Positions 19,583 through 27,885 of a stretch of DNA of 64,000 nt are shown here, piece after piece; position 1 is the first letter of the stretch, and each line of letters begins with the position of its first letter. This DNA comes from Dehalococcoidia bacterium. GTDB taxonomy: Bacteria; Chloroflexota; Dehalococcoidia; Plut-88900. The DNA lies in the NCBI GenBank assembly GCA_965197645.1, contig OZ240219.1:992001-1056000 (forward strand), written 5' to 3'. Under the pieces are notes generated by a model that was not told the origin of the DNA, made no database searches, and saw only the letters and a program-made list of their open reading frames with translations. The translations under genes were made by a program, and so were the position numbers.

Positions 19583-20155
19583 TTACGCGGTCGCGCTATT
19601 GGTCGTCCTTTGAAGGTCTTTCACCCACCTCTCGAAAAGAGTGGCTCCTCCTGGGAATCTGATGTTCAATAGCGTACCTACATCAGCACCCGGCATTCCC
19701 TCAGCTGCTGCGACTTCCCGATATTTTGACTCAGTTCGGCTACCAGGGTGAACTATGTAGTTGCGGACGTAAGTGACACGGACGGATGATGAGTTCGCGC
19801 CCAAATGGGGCTCAATCCGATCCATGTTAGTCAAAGTGAGATGCTTGGCTACTCGTACTACGAACTCCGGCTTGTGCCATACAGGATGGATTAGTCCCAT
19901 GTCGCGAGCAATAGACTTGGCAGCTCGATCGACGCAGCGAGCGTTGTTTGATGCAGAGGTGTGAATGAGGTTGTAGCAGAAATCTGCCCATAAGTTTTGC
20001 AATCTCACGACCAAGAGTGCCTGGCCGTCTTGGTGAATCACGGGACAGGTGGAATTAAATGGATGATAGCCTGGTACAGGAACGTCGAAACGCTGAACCA
20101 TGGCGTTCGTGGAATCCACAAAACCCCTGTGCAGTTCAGAAAATGCGGTTGACAT
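19583..20155 (-). CDS. Putative HEPN-domain RNase
   Basis: RNYIVH (Rx4H) motif, all-helical aspect, 4 bp downstream of the DUF262 gene. Confidence 0.65.
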   Translation of the reverse strand: MSTAFSELHRGFVDSTNAMVQRFDVPVPGYHPFNSTCPVIHQDGQALLVVRLQNLWADFCYNLIHTSASNNARCVDRAAKSIARDMGLIHPVWHKPEFVVRVAKHLTLTNMDRIEPHLGANSSSVRVTYVRNYIVHPGSRTESKYREVAAAEGMPGADVGTLLNIRFPGGATLFERWVKDLQRTTNSATA

Positions 20156-20159
20156 GCCT

Positions 20160-21227
20160 CTATAGTGGGTCGGGGAGAAGCGCCTCGTAGAGCATTACGA
20201 ACCTTATCCCCCTACTTCGTATGCGGTGAGTCGTTCTTGATGAGACTAGCTTAAATTGAACAAATCTCGGGGAGACTTCATTCTCAGGAGCTTCCAACAT
20301 TTCCACCAGGGTCTCCAAGTTTTGGACGGCCATGGATAGGTCGGATAGTGCTCTCCCATCTCTATCGGGCAACGGAGAATCGCCGCCCATGTTGCCCTTA
20401 GGTATGGTAAACAACACATGGGCCACCGCCGCGAACAGCATGAGGAAGTTGGGCGGATTGCCTATTCTCGAGTTCAAGACCTCTGACAGATTGCTAACTA
20501 TGTAATCCATGGTCTTGTCTAGCTTGTCGATGGCGCCGTTGGGGATGCCTTCGTCGTAGTTGTTGTACAACCTGTTTATCGTTGGCTGTCCGCCGTCCTG
20601 GACGCCTTCAAGTATCACACCCATCATCTGCGCCATCAATTCGTCGTCCGCCATGCGAACCCTGGCGCGTACACTTACCACCTTGTATTTATCCCAGAGG
20701 ACGCCCCAACGCTTGGAGGCATCAATCACCGCTCGCCGAAAGACCCCCTTGTATCTTCCGCCTTGGTATTTACCATGCCGCAGTTCCTGTGAATTGAGTG
20801 ACAGGCCGTAGGCGTTCAGCCGGTTGAAGATGTCCAGCACCTTGTCATCTGTGGCTTCGAATAGCTGGACGACGCCGATTTGATAGGCTAGGAGGCGCCT
20901 CTGGTCACACTCGTCGAGGTCGTCGTATTTCATCCCCTCGAACGTGTTGGCGTTCGAACCGAGCCGGCTCCGATTCTCGACGAAATCCCAGATGGTTCTC
21001 AACCTCTGCTGTCCATCGACCACTTCCCGATAAGTGCGCATATCCTTAGGATCGGTAACGCTGCGCATGTAGATGTTTGGGATGGGCAGCCCTTCCAAGA
21101 GAGTGTCGATGAAGTATGACTTGGCAGGTTCAGGCCAGATGCTCCTACGCTGGAACTCCGGATTCAGTACAAGAGTCTTCTCTTTCATCCACTGCACGAG
21201 GTCGGAGATTGGATAAGATTGCAGCAT
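20160..21227 (-). CDS. DUF262 (GmrS/ParB-like) protein
   Basis: PEFQRRSIW, FIDTLLEGLPIPNI, VVDGQQRL, IFNRLN..LNSQELRH. Confidence 0.92.
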   Translation of the reverse strand: MLQSYPISDLVQWMKEKTLVLNPEFQRRSIWPEPAKSYFIDTLLEGLPIPNIYMRSVTDPKDMRTYREVVDGQQRLRTIWDFVENRSRLGSNANTFEGMKYDDLDECDQRRLLAYQIGVVQLFEATDDKVLDIFNRLNAYGLSLNSQELRHGKYQGGRYKGVFRRAVIDASKRWGVLWDKYKVVSVRARVRMADDELMAQMMGVILEGVQDGGQPTINRLYNNYDEGIPNGAIDKLDKTMDYIVSNLSEVLNSRIGNPPNFLMLFAAVAHVLFTIPKGNMGGDSPLPDRDGRALSDLSMAVQNLETLVEMLEAPENEVSPRFVQFKLVSSRTTHRIRSRGIRFVMLYEALLPDPL

Positions 21228-21509
21228 CGCTCTCTAGACCTCCTATATCAACCAACTGACGTCCTAGGTTCAATTCTATCACGACACGGGCGTGTGCTCC
21301 GCAGCGAAAGCTAAGGGGTCATTTCTCCAGTCAGATTGAGTCAGGTAGAGTCAGAGCTGACGCCGAATCCGAGGACTGCTATCGAGGCCCTTCATCGACT
21401 TGGTAACCGTCTGCTCGGCCTTCGTGAACTACTTGGTAGTGAAGAGCAGCGAGGGAAATGACCAGTAACAGCCGTGGAAATGCCAGACCTGAACGCCCCC
21501 ACGCTAAGC

Positions 21510-21950
21510 CTAGTCCCCAAACAGCATTTGGCGCACCTCTTTGGGCGCGTCGCGGGAGACTGCCTCGTGGAACAGGATGATCTTCCACTGGCCGTCGACG
21601 TTCCGGAGAACGAAGGTGTTGTTGTCCCGGAAGCTCATGGCGTTCCCTTCAAACTCGGCCTCGATGGACACGTAGCAGTGAACGAAGGCCGCTTCGCCCA
21701 GCACGTCCGCCACAACGTCGCTCAGCGTCCACTGTGAGCCTGCCATGCCCTCGGTCTGCTCGACGTAGACCTGCCTGATGGCCGTGAAGTCCGCCAGGGC
21801 GTGGCTGAAGTCCGGTGCCATGTACACCGGTTGTTCATAGGACAGGTCCCACAGAGATACCGCCTTTTCTGCATCGCCGGCCGCCATCGCCGCTCTCCAG
21901 TCCTCGATCACCGCCAGGACCCGCTCCTTTTCCCCTTCTGATGCTGCCAT
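21510..21950 (-). CDS. SnoaL/NTF2-like (DUF4440) protein
   Basis: W..AMAAGD..AV N-terminal helix and TFVLRNVDGQWKIILFHEA C-terminus. Confidence 0.8.
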   Translation of the reverse strand: MAASEGEKERVLAVIEDWRAAMAAGDAEKAVSLWDLSYEQPVYMAPDFSHALADFTAIRQVYVEQTEGMAGSQWTLSDVVADVLGEAAFVHCYVSIEAEFEGNAMSFRDNNTFVLRNVDGQWKIILFHEAVSRDAPKEVRQMLFGD

Positions 21951-22243
21951 GATTGTCCTCTCAATAGCGCTTGGCGTCCCTGCGCACCGATACATCCGAC
22001 TCGCTCCCTGCACCCCGACCCGTCGGTCCTGAAACGGCGGACCGTTCGCCTTTGGGTTCTCCATTATACCCACGCCTGTTGATATAAGAGCACACGTGTT
22101 CACCGGCCGATTCTCCTGGCATTTGGCGCCGATTTCGCCGATAATACCTCTGGCTACGGAGCCCCCCAGTCCGCTGCGCCTCTATGCAGTCGAGGGGGCC
22201 ATCGACCCAGCAGTCCTACACCAGGCCGGAGGAGTAACGCCAG

Positions 22244-23461
22244 GTGAGCAGCACAAAGGAAAAGTACAGCATCGTTGGTGTGGGTGAGACCGAGTACAGC
22301 CGCGGCTCGGGCAGGACCACTCGCGCACTGGGCGCCGAGGCGATAAGCAACGCCATGACCGACGCCGGGCTAACCTCCCAGGACGTGGACGGCATGTTGA
22401 GCTATCACGGTGGAGACTCCACCCCCTCCACCACCATCATGTACGACCTGGGCATCCGGCCCAACTTCTACATGGACTGCTCCGGCGGAGGCTCCAGCAC
22501 CGAGGCCCTGATTGGACTGGCGATAGGAGCGATAGAGGTCGGTATGTGTCATACCGTCGCCATCTTTCGGGCGATGAACGGCTACTCCCAGGTACGCATT
22601 GGGGGTACCGGCGCGCACGCTGCGGCGCCCGTATCGGGTCCGGGACTGTTCCAGCGGCCCTACGGCCTCGCCAGCGCCATTCAGAGCTTCGCATTTTCGT
22701 TCACTCGACACATGCATGAGTACGGCGTCACCAACGAGGACCTGGCCCACATCAAGGTGGCACATAGCAACCACGCCAGCAACAATCCGAAAGCTCTCAT
22801 GAAGAAGAGGGTCACCGTGGATGACGTGGTCAACTCCCGGTGGATCGTCAAGCCCTGCGCCCATCTCCTCGATTGTTGCCTGGAGACGGACAACGCCACC
22901 TGCATAATCGTGACCTCGGCGGAGCGAGCGCGGGACCTCAAGCAGCCGCCTACCTACATCATGGGAATCCAGGGGCGGGGGGTCAAACCCGGCGGCGATT
23001 TCCACTACCAGAAAGGCCCCATCACCCGGGTCGCCGGCCACTACATCGGGCCGCGGGTGTTCGAGCTGGCCGGCGTTTCTCATGACGACATCTCATTGAC
23101 CGGTTGCTACGATGCCTTTACCTACACCACGCTGCTCCAGTTCGAGGACTACGGATTCTGCAAGAAGGGCGAGGGGAAGGACTACGTCACCAGCGGGATC
23201 ATCGACCTGGGCGGCGGCAGGCCCAACAACACCAGCGGCGGTCACCTCTGTGAGGGGTACACCCATGGCATGAACATGGTCATCGAGAACGTGCGTCAGC
23301 TTCGAGGCACCGTCGACGATTACTGTCCCCAGTGGCAGGAAGGGATCCACACCTACGATTACTCGGAGGGAAAGTGCCGCCAGGTGAAGGATGTGGAGAT
23401 CACGATGAACATGGGTTGGGGCACGCCGGCCGTCGGCAGCGCCATGATAATGAGGAGATGA
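22244..23461 (+). CDS. SCP2-thiolase-like / Ltp2-type (retro-aldolase) protein
   Basis: IVGVGET, LDCCLETD, YDAFT and NTSGGHLCEGYTHG; lacks the thiolase nucleophile Cys (GGGSST). Confidence 0.85.
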   Translation: MSSTKEKYSIVGVGETEYSRGSGRTTRALGAEAISNAMTDAGLTSQDVDGMLSYHGGDSTPSTTIMYDLGIRPNFYMDCSGGGSSTEALIGLAIGAIEVGMCHTVAIFRAMNGYSQVRIGGTGAHAAAPVSGPGLFQRPYGLASAIQSFAFSFTRHMHEYGVTNEDLAHIKVAHSNHASNNPKALMKKRVTVDDVVNSRWIVKPCAHLLDCCLETDNATCIIVTSAERARDLKQPPTYIMGIQGRGVKPGGDFHYQKGPITRVAGHYIGPRVFELAGVSHDDISLTGCYDAFTYTTLLQFEDYGFCKKGEGKDYVTSGIIDLGGGRPNNTSGGHLCEGYTHGMNMVIENVRQLRGTVDDYCPQWQEGIHTYDYSEGKCRQVKDVEITMNMGWGTPAVGSAMIMRR

Positions 23462-23465
23462 GCCG

Positions 23466-23939
23466 ATGCCGGTCTACGAATACCGGGGGCTGAACATCAG
23501 CATACCGGAAACCGATACCGAGTACGGTGGCTACTTCGAGGCGGCGAAGGAGCATCGCCTGGCAGTGAAAGCCTGCCTCGACTGCGACCTGATGCGAGGT
23601 GAGCCGGGACCGGGATGCCCGTGGTGCCGGTCGCTCCGGTGGGAGTGGCGTCGGGTAAGCGGTATTGGTAGAATATACAGCTACCAGATCGTGGAGCACA
23701 GTGTGCTGCCCGGCTTCCGCGACTGGACACCCTATCCCGCCATCCTGGTGGAGCTGGACGAGCAGCGAGGGCACCCGACCGAGGACGACGGCCTTCGCAT
23801 CATCGCCAACCTGCTGGATGAGAGTATGGCCCCCGAGAGGGAGGAGAACGTGGCCATAGGGAGCAGGGTGGAGGTGGTCTTTCAGGACCTGGAGAGCGGT
23901 CTGACCTTGCCTCAGTTCAAGCTCTCCGCCGAACCCTAA
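23466..23939 (+). CDS. DUF35 Zn-ribbon/OB-fold partner (ChsH2-like)
   Basis: CLDC..CPWC zinc ribbon, G.IYSY, PY...LVELDE, IGSRVEVVF..LPQF; follows the thiolase-like gene. Confidence 0.88.
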   Translation: MPVYEYRGLNISIPETDTEYGGYFEAAKEHRLAVKACLDCDLMRGEPGPGCPWCRSLRWEWRRVSGIGRIYSYQIVEHSVLPGFRDWTPYPAILVELDEQRGHPTEDDGLRIIANLLDESMAPEREENVAIGSRVEVVFQDLESGLTLPQFKLSAEP

Positions 23940-24135
23940 CAATGTCCAAGGGGAACGGCGCCTAAGGATGTAATCAGGGGCGTTACTGCCCAATCTAATC
24001 AACGCCAGCTCGCATCGTGGTATAGGTGGTGCCCGATGCAACGAGCAGTCTCATCGACTTGGCGGGAGCCAGGCCGTCATCACACGAGCCTGGTTCCAGG
24101 CGATGAGATGCGTTTCGCTGAGGAGGAGTAGGGGA

Positions 24136-25299
24136 ATGCGTATCGGATTTATGTGTCACGCCAGCTTCGGCGGCAGCGCGCGCGTCGCCATCGACCTGGC
24201 CGTGGCGTTGGCCCGACGTGGGCACAGAGTTCACGTGTTTACGGGGCCCGGTCCCTTGGTAGACGGGCGTCGGGAGCCGAACATGGTGTTTCACACCGTG
24301 GCGCAGGACGGGTCGGACCGCCTCCATCCTACGACGCTCCATACCCGTTGGTCGGACGAGGACTTTCAGAGGTACACCACGCGAATATTGCAGGTCATAG
24401 CCACTGAGGGACTGGACGTGCTCCACTTCCACTACGCCGTTCCCTTCGCATTTGTGGCGCGAACGTTGCGGGACGTACTCGCCGGTGGGGCGCCGCTGCT
24501 GATAGGAACCCTGCACGGCACCGACGTGACCAACTTCGGCAGGGACCCGGTCATGGGGCCACAGCTATCCGAAGCCCTGCAGGCCAACGACGTGCTGACT
24601 ACCGTATCCAACAGTCACGCCCGGCTGTCGGCCCAGGTGCTTGGCCTGCCCAGCTACCCTCAAGTGATCCCCAACTTCATCGACGTGCAGCGATTCCGAC
24701 CGGATGACAGGCAGTCCTTCCCGAGCGGACGCCGGCCTCGAATCGCGCACATCTCCAACTTCAGGCCCGTCAAGGATGCCCGGAGCATGGCGCGCATCTT
24801 CCTAGGTATCCGCACTCGCTTGGATGCCGAGCTGTGGCTCATAGGCAGTGGTGAAGAGATGGGCGCCGTGCGGTCGATTTTCGATAGCAGCACCTTCGCC
24901 GGCGACGTGATCTACATGGGCCTGCAAAATGACGTAGCGCCCCTGCTGAGGCAGGTGGACCTCCTGCTCGTGACCAGCCGCCACGAAAGCTTCAGCCTGG
25001 TAGCCCTGGAAGCCATGGCCACCGGCGTGCCCGTGTTGGCTACGGAGGTGGGTGGGTTGCCGGAGGTGGTCCTGCACGGCCGTACCGGCATGCTGTTCCC
25101 CCCGCGCGATCACGCGCTGGCCGTGGACATGGCCGTGGATTTGCTGTCCGACCCGGAGAGGCGCAGGAATATGCGGGAGTCCGCAGTGCGACACGCCCGC
25201 CAGTTCACAGTCGAGCGGGCTGTACGATCCTACGAAGAGATCTACCAGCACGGGGCCCCGACGCCGACCATGGACCCGGTCTCTACCTTTGGCGGGTAG
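24136..25299 (+). CDS. bshA: N-acetyl-alpha-D-glucosaminyl L-malate synthase (GT4)
   Basis: IGFMCHASFGGS, LDVLHFHYAVP, TLHGTDVT, HISNFRPVK, ESFSLVALEAMA: all BshA-diagnostic. Confidence 0.85.
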   Translation: MRIGFMCHASFGGSARVAIDLAVALARRGHRVHVFTGPGPLVDGRREPNMVFHTVAQDGSDRLHPTTLHTRWSDEDFQRYTTRILQVIATEGLDVLHFHYAVPFAFVARTLRDVLAGGAPLLIGTLHGTDVTNFGRDPVMGPQLSEALQANDVLTTVSNSHARLSAQVLGLPSYPQVIPNFIDVQRFRPDDRQSFPSGRRPRIAHISNFRPVKDARSMARIFLGIRTRLDAELWLIGSGEEMGAVRSIFDSSTFAGDVIYMGLQNDVAPLLRQVDLLLVTSRHESFSLVALEAMATGVPVLATEVGGLPEVVLHGRTGMLFPPRDHALAVDMAVDLLSDPERRRNMRESAVRHARQFTVERAVRSYEEIYQHGAPTPTMDPVSTFGG

Positions 25300-25308
25300 G
25301 ACCCGGGA

Positions 25309-26031
25309 TCACGACAGAGGGTTGTCCTCGTTTCGCAGCCCTGGGAAGTCCAAAGCCCCCAACGGCGATGCATCCAGGAACGGCTCACCGTAGGCCGCCT
25401 GGATTTGCCACCCGTACCAGATAGCCCTCGCCTCCAGCGCGCGCAGGAAGCCGGGAGTGGTCAGACTCCCGCCGGCGTCACTGGTTGGCGAGCCAAACTG
25501 GCTCCCGTATGCCCACACCGTCTCCATTCGGCGCTCCCATACGGACGAGACGTCCATGATGAAGGACGGGGCTATGGGTAGACGGAGCATGTAGTGGACC
25601 AGCCGCTCCGGGCGATGAGGCTCTCCGTCCCCATACTTGCGAATGCCGGAGAGGTGGCACGCCTCCTGCACCAGCCTGCCGGCCCGAGCGTGGTCGGGGT
25701 GGCGGTCCTCCCAGTAGGGCGCTATCACGATGCGGGGCCTGGTCTCGCGAATAATATCGATGACCGGAAGACGGTGGTCGGGGTGGGTGCCGACGAGGCC
25801 GTCGGGTATGCCGGCGTTCAACCGGACCTTGATGCCCAGAAGCTCGGTGGCCTTGGCCTTCTCTTTAAGCCGCAGCTCAGGGTTGCCTCGACTCGACTTT
25901 TCTCCCTCCGTCAAGTCCGCCAACCCCACGCGCCAGCCTCTGTCCGAGGCCAGGATGAGGCTTCCGCTGCAGGCCAGCTCCACGTCATCGGGATGGGGTG
26001 CAAACGCCAACACGTCCAGGGGTTCGTCCAT
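25309..26031 (-). CDS. bshB1: GlcNAc-malate deacetylase (PIG-L family)
   Basis: LDVLAFAPHPDDVELACSG, DLTEGEKSSRG, PYWEDRHPDH, AYGSQF, YGEPF; adjacent to bshA. Confidence 0.88.
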   Translation of the reverse strand: MDEPLDVLAFAPHPDDVELACSGSLILASDRGWRVGLADLTEGEKSSRGNPELRLKEKAKATELLGIKVRLNAGIPDGLVGTHPDHRLPVIDIIRETRPRIVIAPYWEDRHPDHARAGRLVQEACHLSGIRKYGDGEPHRPERLVHYMLRLPIAPSFIMDVSSVWERRMETVWAYGSQFGSPTSDAGGSLTTPGFLRALEARAIWYGWQIQAAYGEPFLDASPLGALDFPGLRNEDNPLS

Positions 26032-27202
26032 GCTGTTCTCCGGTGGAATTCGTAAGATATCGGTAGAGCAGACTGTCAAAGGGCGCCGGGTCGTCGGTAG
26101 CCGGAGCTGGCTGCGGCAACAGTATGGGCACGCGGCGCTTCTGGAGGACCTTCTCCAGCACCTCTTTCATGACCAAGCCGTAGTATATCCCTGAGCTTCC
26201 ACCTCCCACGTAGCCGCTGACGTAGTCGTTCATGAACAGGGTCAGCGATACGTCGGGGCTCCAGGGGCCGGCCTCCACAATCTGGTTTATCGAAAGCCGG
26301 TCGGCGCCCAGGTGAAACCGGGACCGGTTCCCGCACTTGCAGCCGGCGACAGCGAAGGTATCCGGGCCTTCCACCTGGCGATGCAACCGCAGCCTGCGAC
26401 GGCAGCCCGGACAGGTGTAGTTAAGGGGCAAATAGTCCTCGGCCAGAGGTTTGACCTTGGGATCGATATTCCGGGAGTGAAGGTGGTCGACGGCTTCGTT
26501 GAAAACGCGAGTTACGTCATCGATGTTGTTCAGGTAGAGGTTGACCTCTCCGGTGATCACCTCCCGGTCCAGAAGATCGGAAACCAGGACGGAGTAAGGG
26601 TCCATGCCGGCGTACCGATTGAGCAGGAAATAGGTGACGTCGTGGTTCAGCTGGCTGAGGACGCCGCCCTCGTGCTGCAGGAATACCGATCTCAGCTGTT
26701 CATAACGTTCCCTGGCCCGTGCTCTGGTGAGCTTCTTTCGCCCCGTGAAGGACTGGCTGAGATAGGTGTTCAGCTTATCGAGGCCCTGTTCGATGGTGGA
26801 CGTTTCCACCGGCACGAATCGCAGTTCCAACTGGGCGTTGGCCCCGGCGCTGACCCGGACCGAAGCCTTCTTGCCGAACACTGGCCAGAAGAACCGCTGC
26901 ATAAGGGCATCGGTGCCGGCGAGATCGGTATCGATCCACAGGAAGAAGGGACAGCATTCGCCGGTCCCGTCCAGCTGGTCCAAAAGGGCCATCCGGTCGA
27001 GCATCGATTGGGTGCAGTCCAGGTATATCTGTTGGAGGGCGTACACGGGCCTCGGATGCTTGGCGCCGTAGATTTCCATTAACGAGGGGTGTACCGGGTC
27101 ACGCAGCCGCGCCAGGAACTCATCCTTGTCGACGAAGATGTCCTGGGAGTCCAGGAACGAACGGCCATCGGGCGAGGCCAGCAGATCGTTCAGGTCCCGC
27201 AT
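25985..27202 (-). CDS. Divergent BshC-like ligase with a CxxC..CxC insertion
   Basis: Collinear degenerate BshC motifs VYALQQ, PFFLWIDTD, WSPDV and YVGGGSSGIYY..VPILLP; overlaps the bshB1 start. Confidence 0.6.
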   Translation of the reverse strand: MRDLNDLLASPDGRSFLDSQDIFVDKDEFLARLRDPVHPSLMEIYGAKHPRPVYALQQIYLDCTQSMLDRMALLDQLDGTGECCPFFLWIDTDLAGTDALMQRFFWPVFGKKASVRVSAGANAQLELRFVPVETSTIEQGLDKLNTYLSQSFTGRKKLTRARARERYEQLRSVFLQHEGGVLSQLNHDVTYFLLNRYAGMDPYSVLVSDLLDREVITGEVNLYLNNIDDVTRVFNEAVDHLHSRNIDPKVKPLAEDYLPLNYTCPGCRRRLRLHRQVEGPDTFAVAGCKCGNRSRFHLGADRLSINQIVEAGPWSPDVSLTLFMNDYVSGYVGGGSSGIYYGLVMKEVLEKVLQKRRVPILLPQPAPATDDPAPFDSLLYRYLTNSTGEQHGRTPGRVGVCTPSR

Positions 27203-27207
27203 GGACG

Positions 27208-27885
27208 TTACGAGCGGCTCTTCCAGGCGGCGATAAGGTCCGTGGAGGGCCGGGTGATGCCCCACATGCTCAGGAACTTCATCGCCACTTCCTGCCACTC
27301 CGGGTCGTTGGATATCATACAGTCCTCAGGCGCGGCCACGAAGTATCCCTTATTCACGCCGTTGCTGACCGTGGGGACGATGCCAACCTGGACGCCGATG
27401 CCCACGATGATGAAGGTCCTGATGCCGTTCCACTGCAGTATCGATTCCAGGCTGGTGCCGGCGAAGGCGTCTCTCTTGTACTTGTTGAGTACCAAGTCAC
27501 CCTCCTGGGGTTTGAGCTCGTCGATGACGTCATGGCCCCAGGTGCCTTCGAACAGGCACTTCTGCATGATGTAGGTGCCGTCCTCGATGCTCTGGTAGCT
27601 GGCCTGGATCTCAGGGTCCGAACGGGAGCTGTTGTCCCGATAGTTGGTCCACCCGACGTAGATGACCTTGACCCCGGCCTGCCGGGCCTCGTTCACCAGG
27701 TTGACCGTCGGGCCGATCTGGCGAGATACGTCCTGGGGAAGGGTGCTGCCGGGGATGGATGCGCTGTATGCGCCGTCCTTGTGGCAGAAGTCGTTGAGCA
27801 TCTCGTGGACAACGAGAGCCGTATGCTTCGGGTCCACTATCTCCTCGAAGGTGTCGGGAATCTGCCGTCCCTTGAAGGTAATCAT
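27208..27885 (-). CDS. Isochorismatase/cysteine-hydrolase family protein (non-canonical catalytic residues)
   Basis: TALVVHEMLNDF, GTWG..IDEL.P, K.KRDAF.GT.L..IL, GIGVQVGIVPT. Confidence 0.85.
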   Translation of the reverse strand: MITFKGRQIPDTFEEIVDPKHTALVVHEMLNDFCHKDGAYSASIPGSTLPQDVSRQIGPTVNLVNEARQAGVKVIYVGWTNYRDNSSRSDPEIQASYQSIEDGTYIMQKCLFEGTWGHDVIDELKPQEGDLVLNKYKRDAFAGTSLESILQWNGIRTFIIVGIGVQVGIVPTVSNGVNKGYFVAAPEDCMISNDPEWQEVAMKFLSMWGITRPSTDLIAAWKSRS

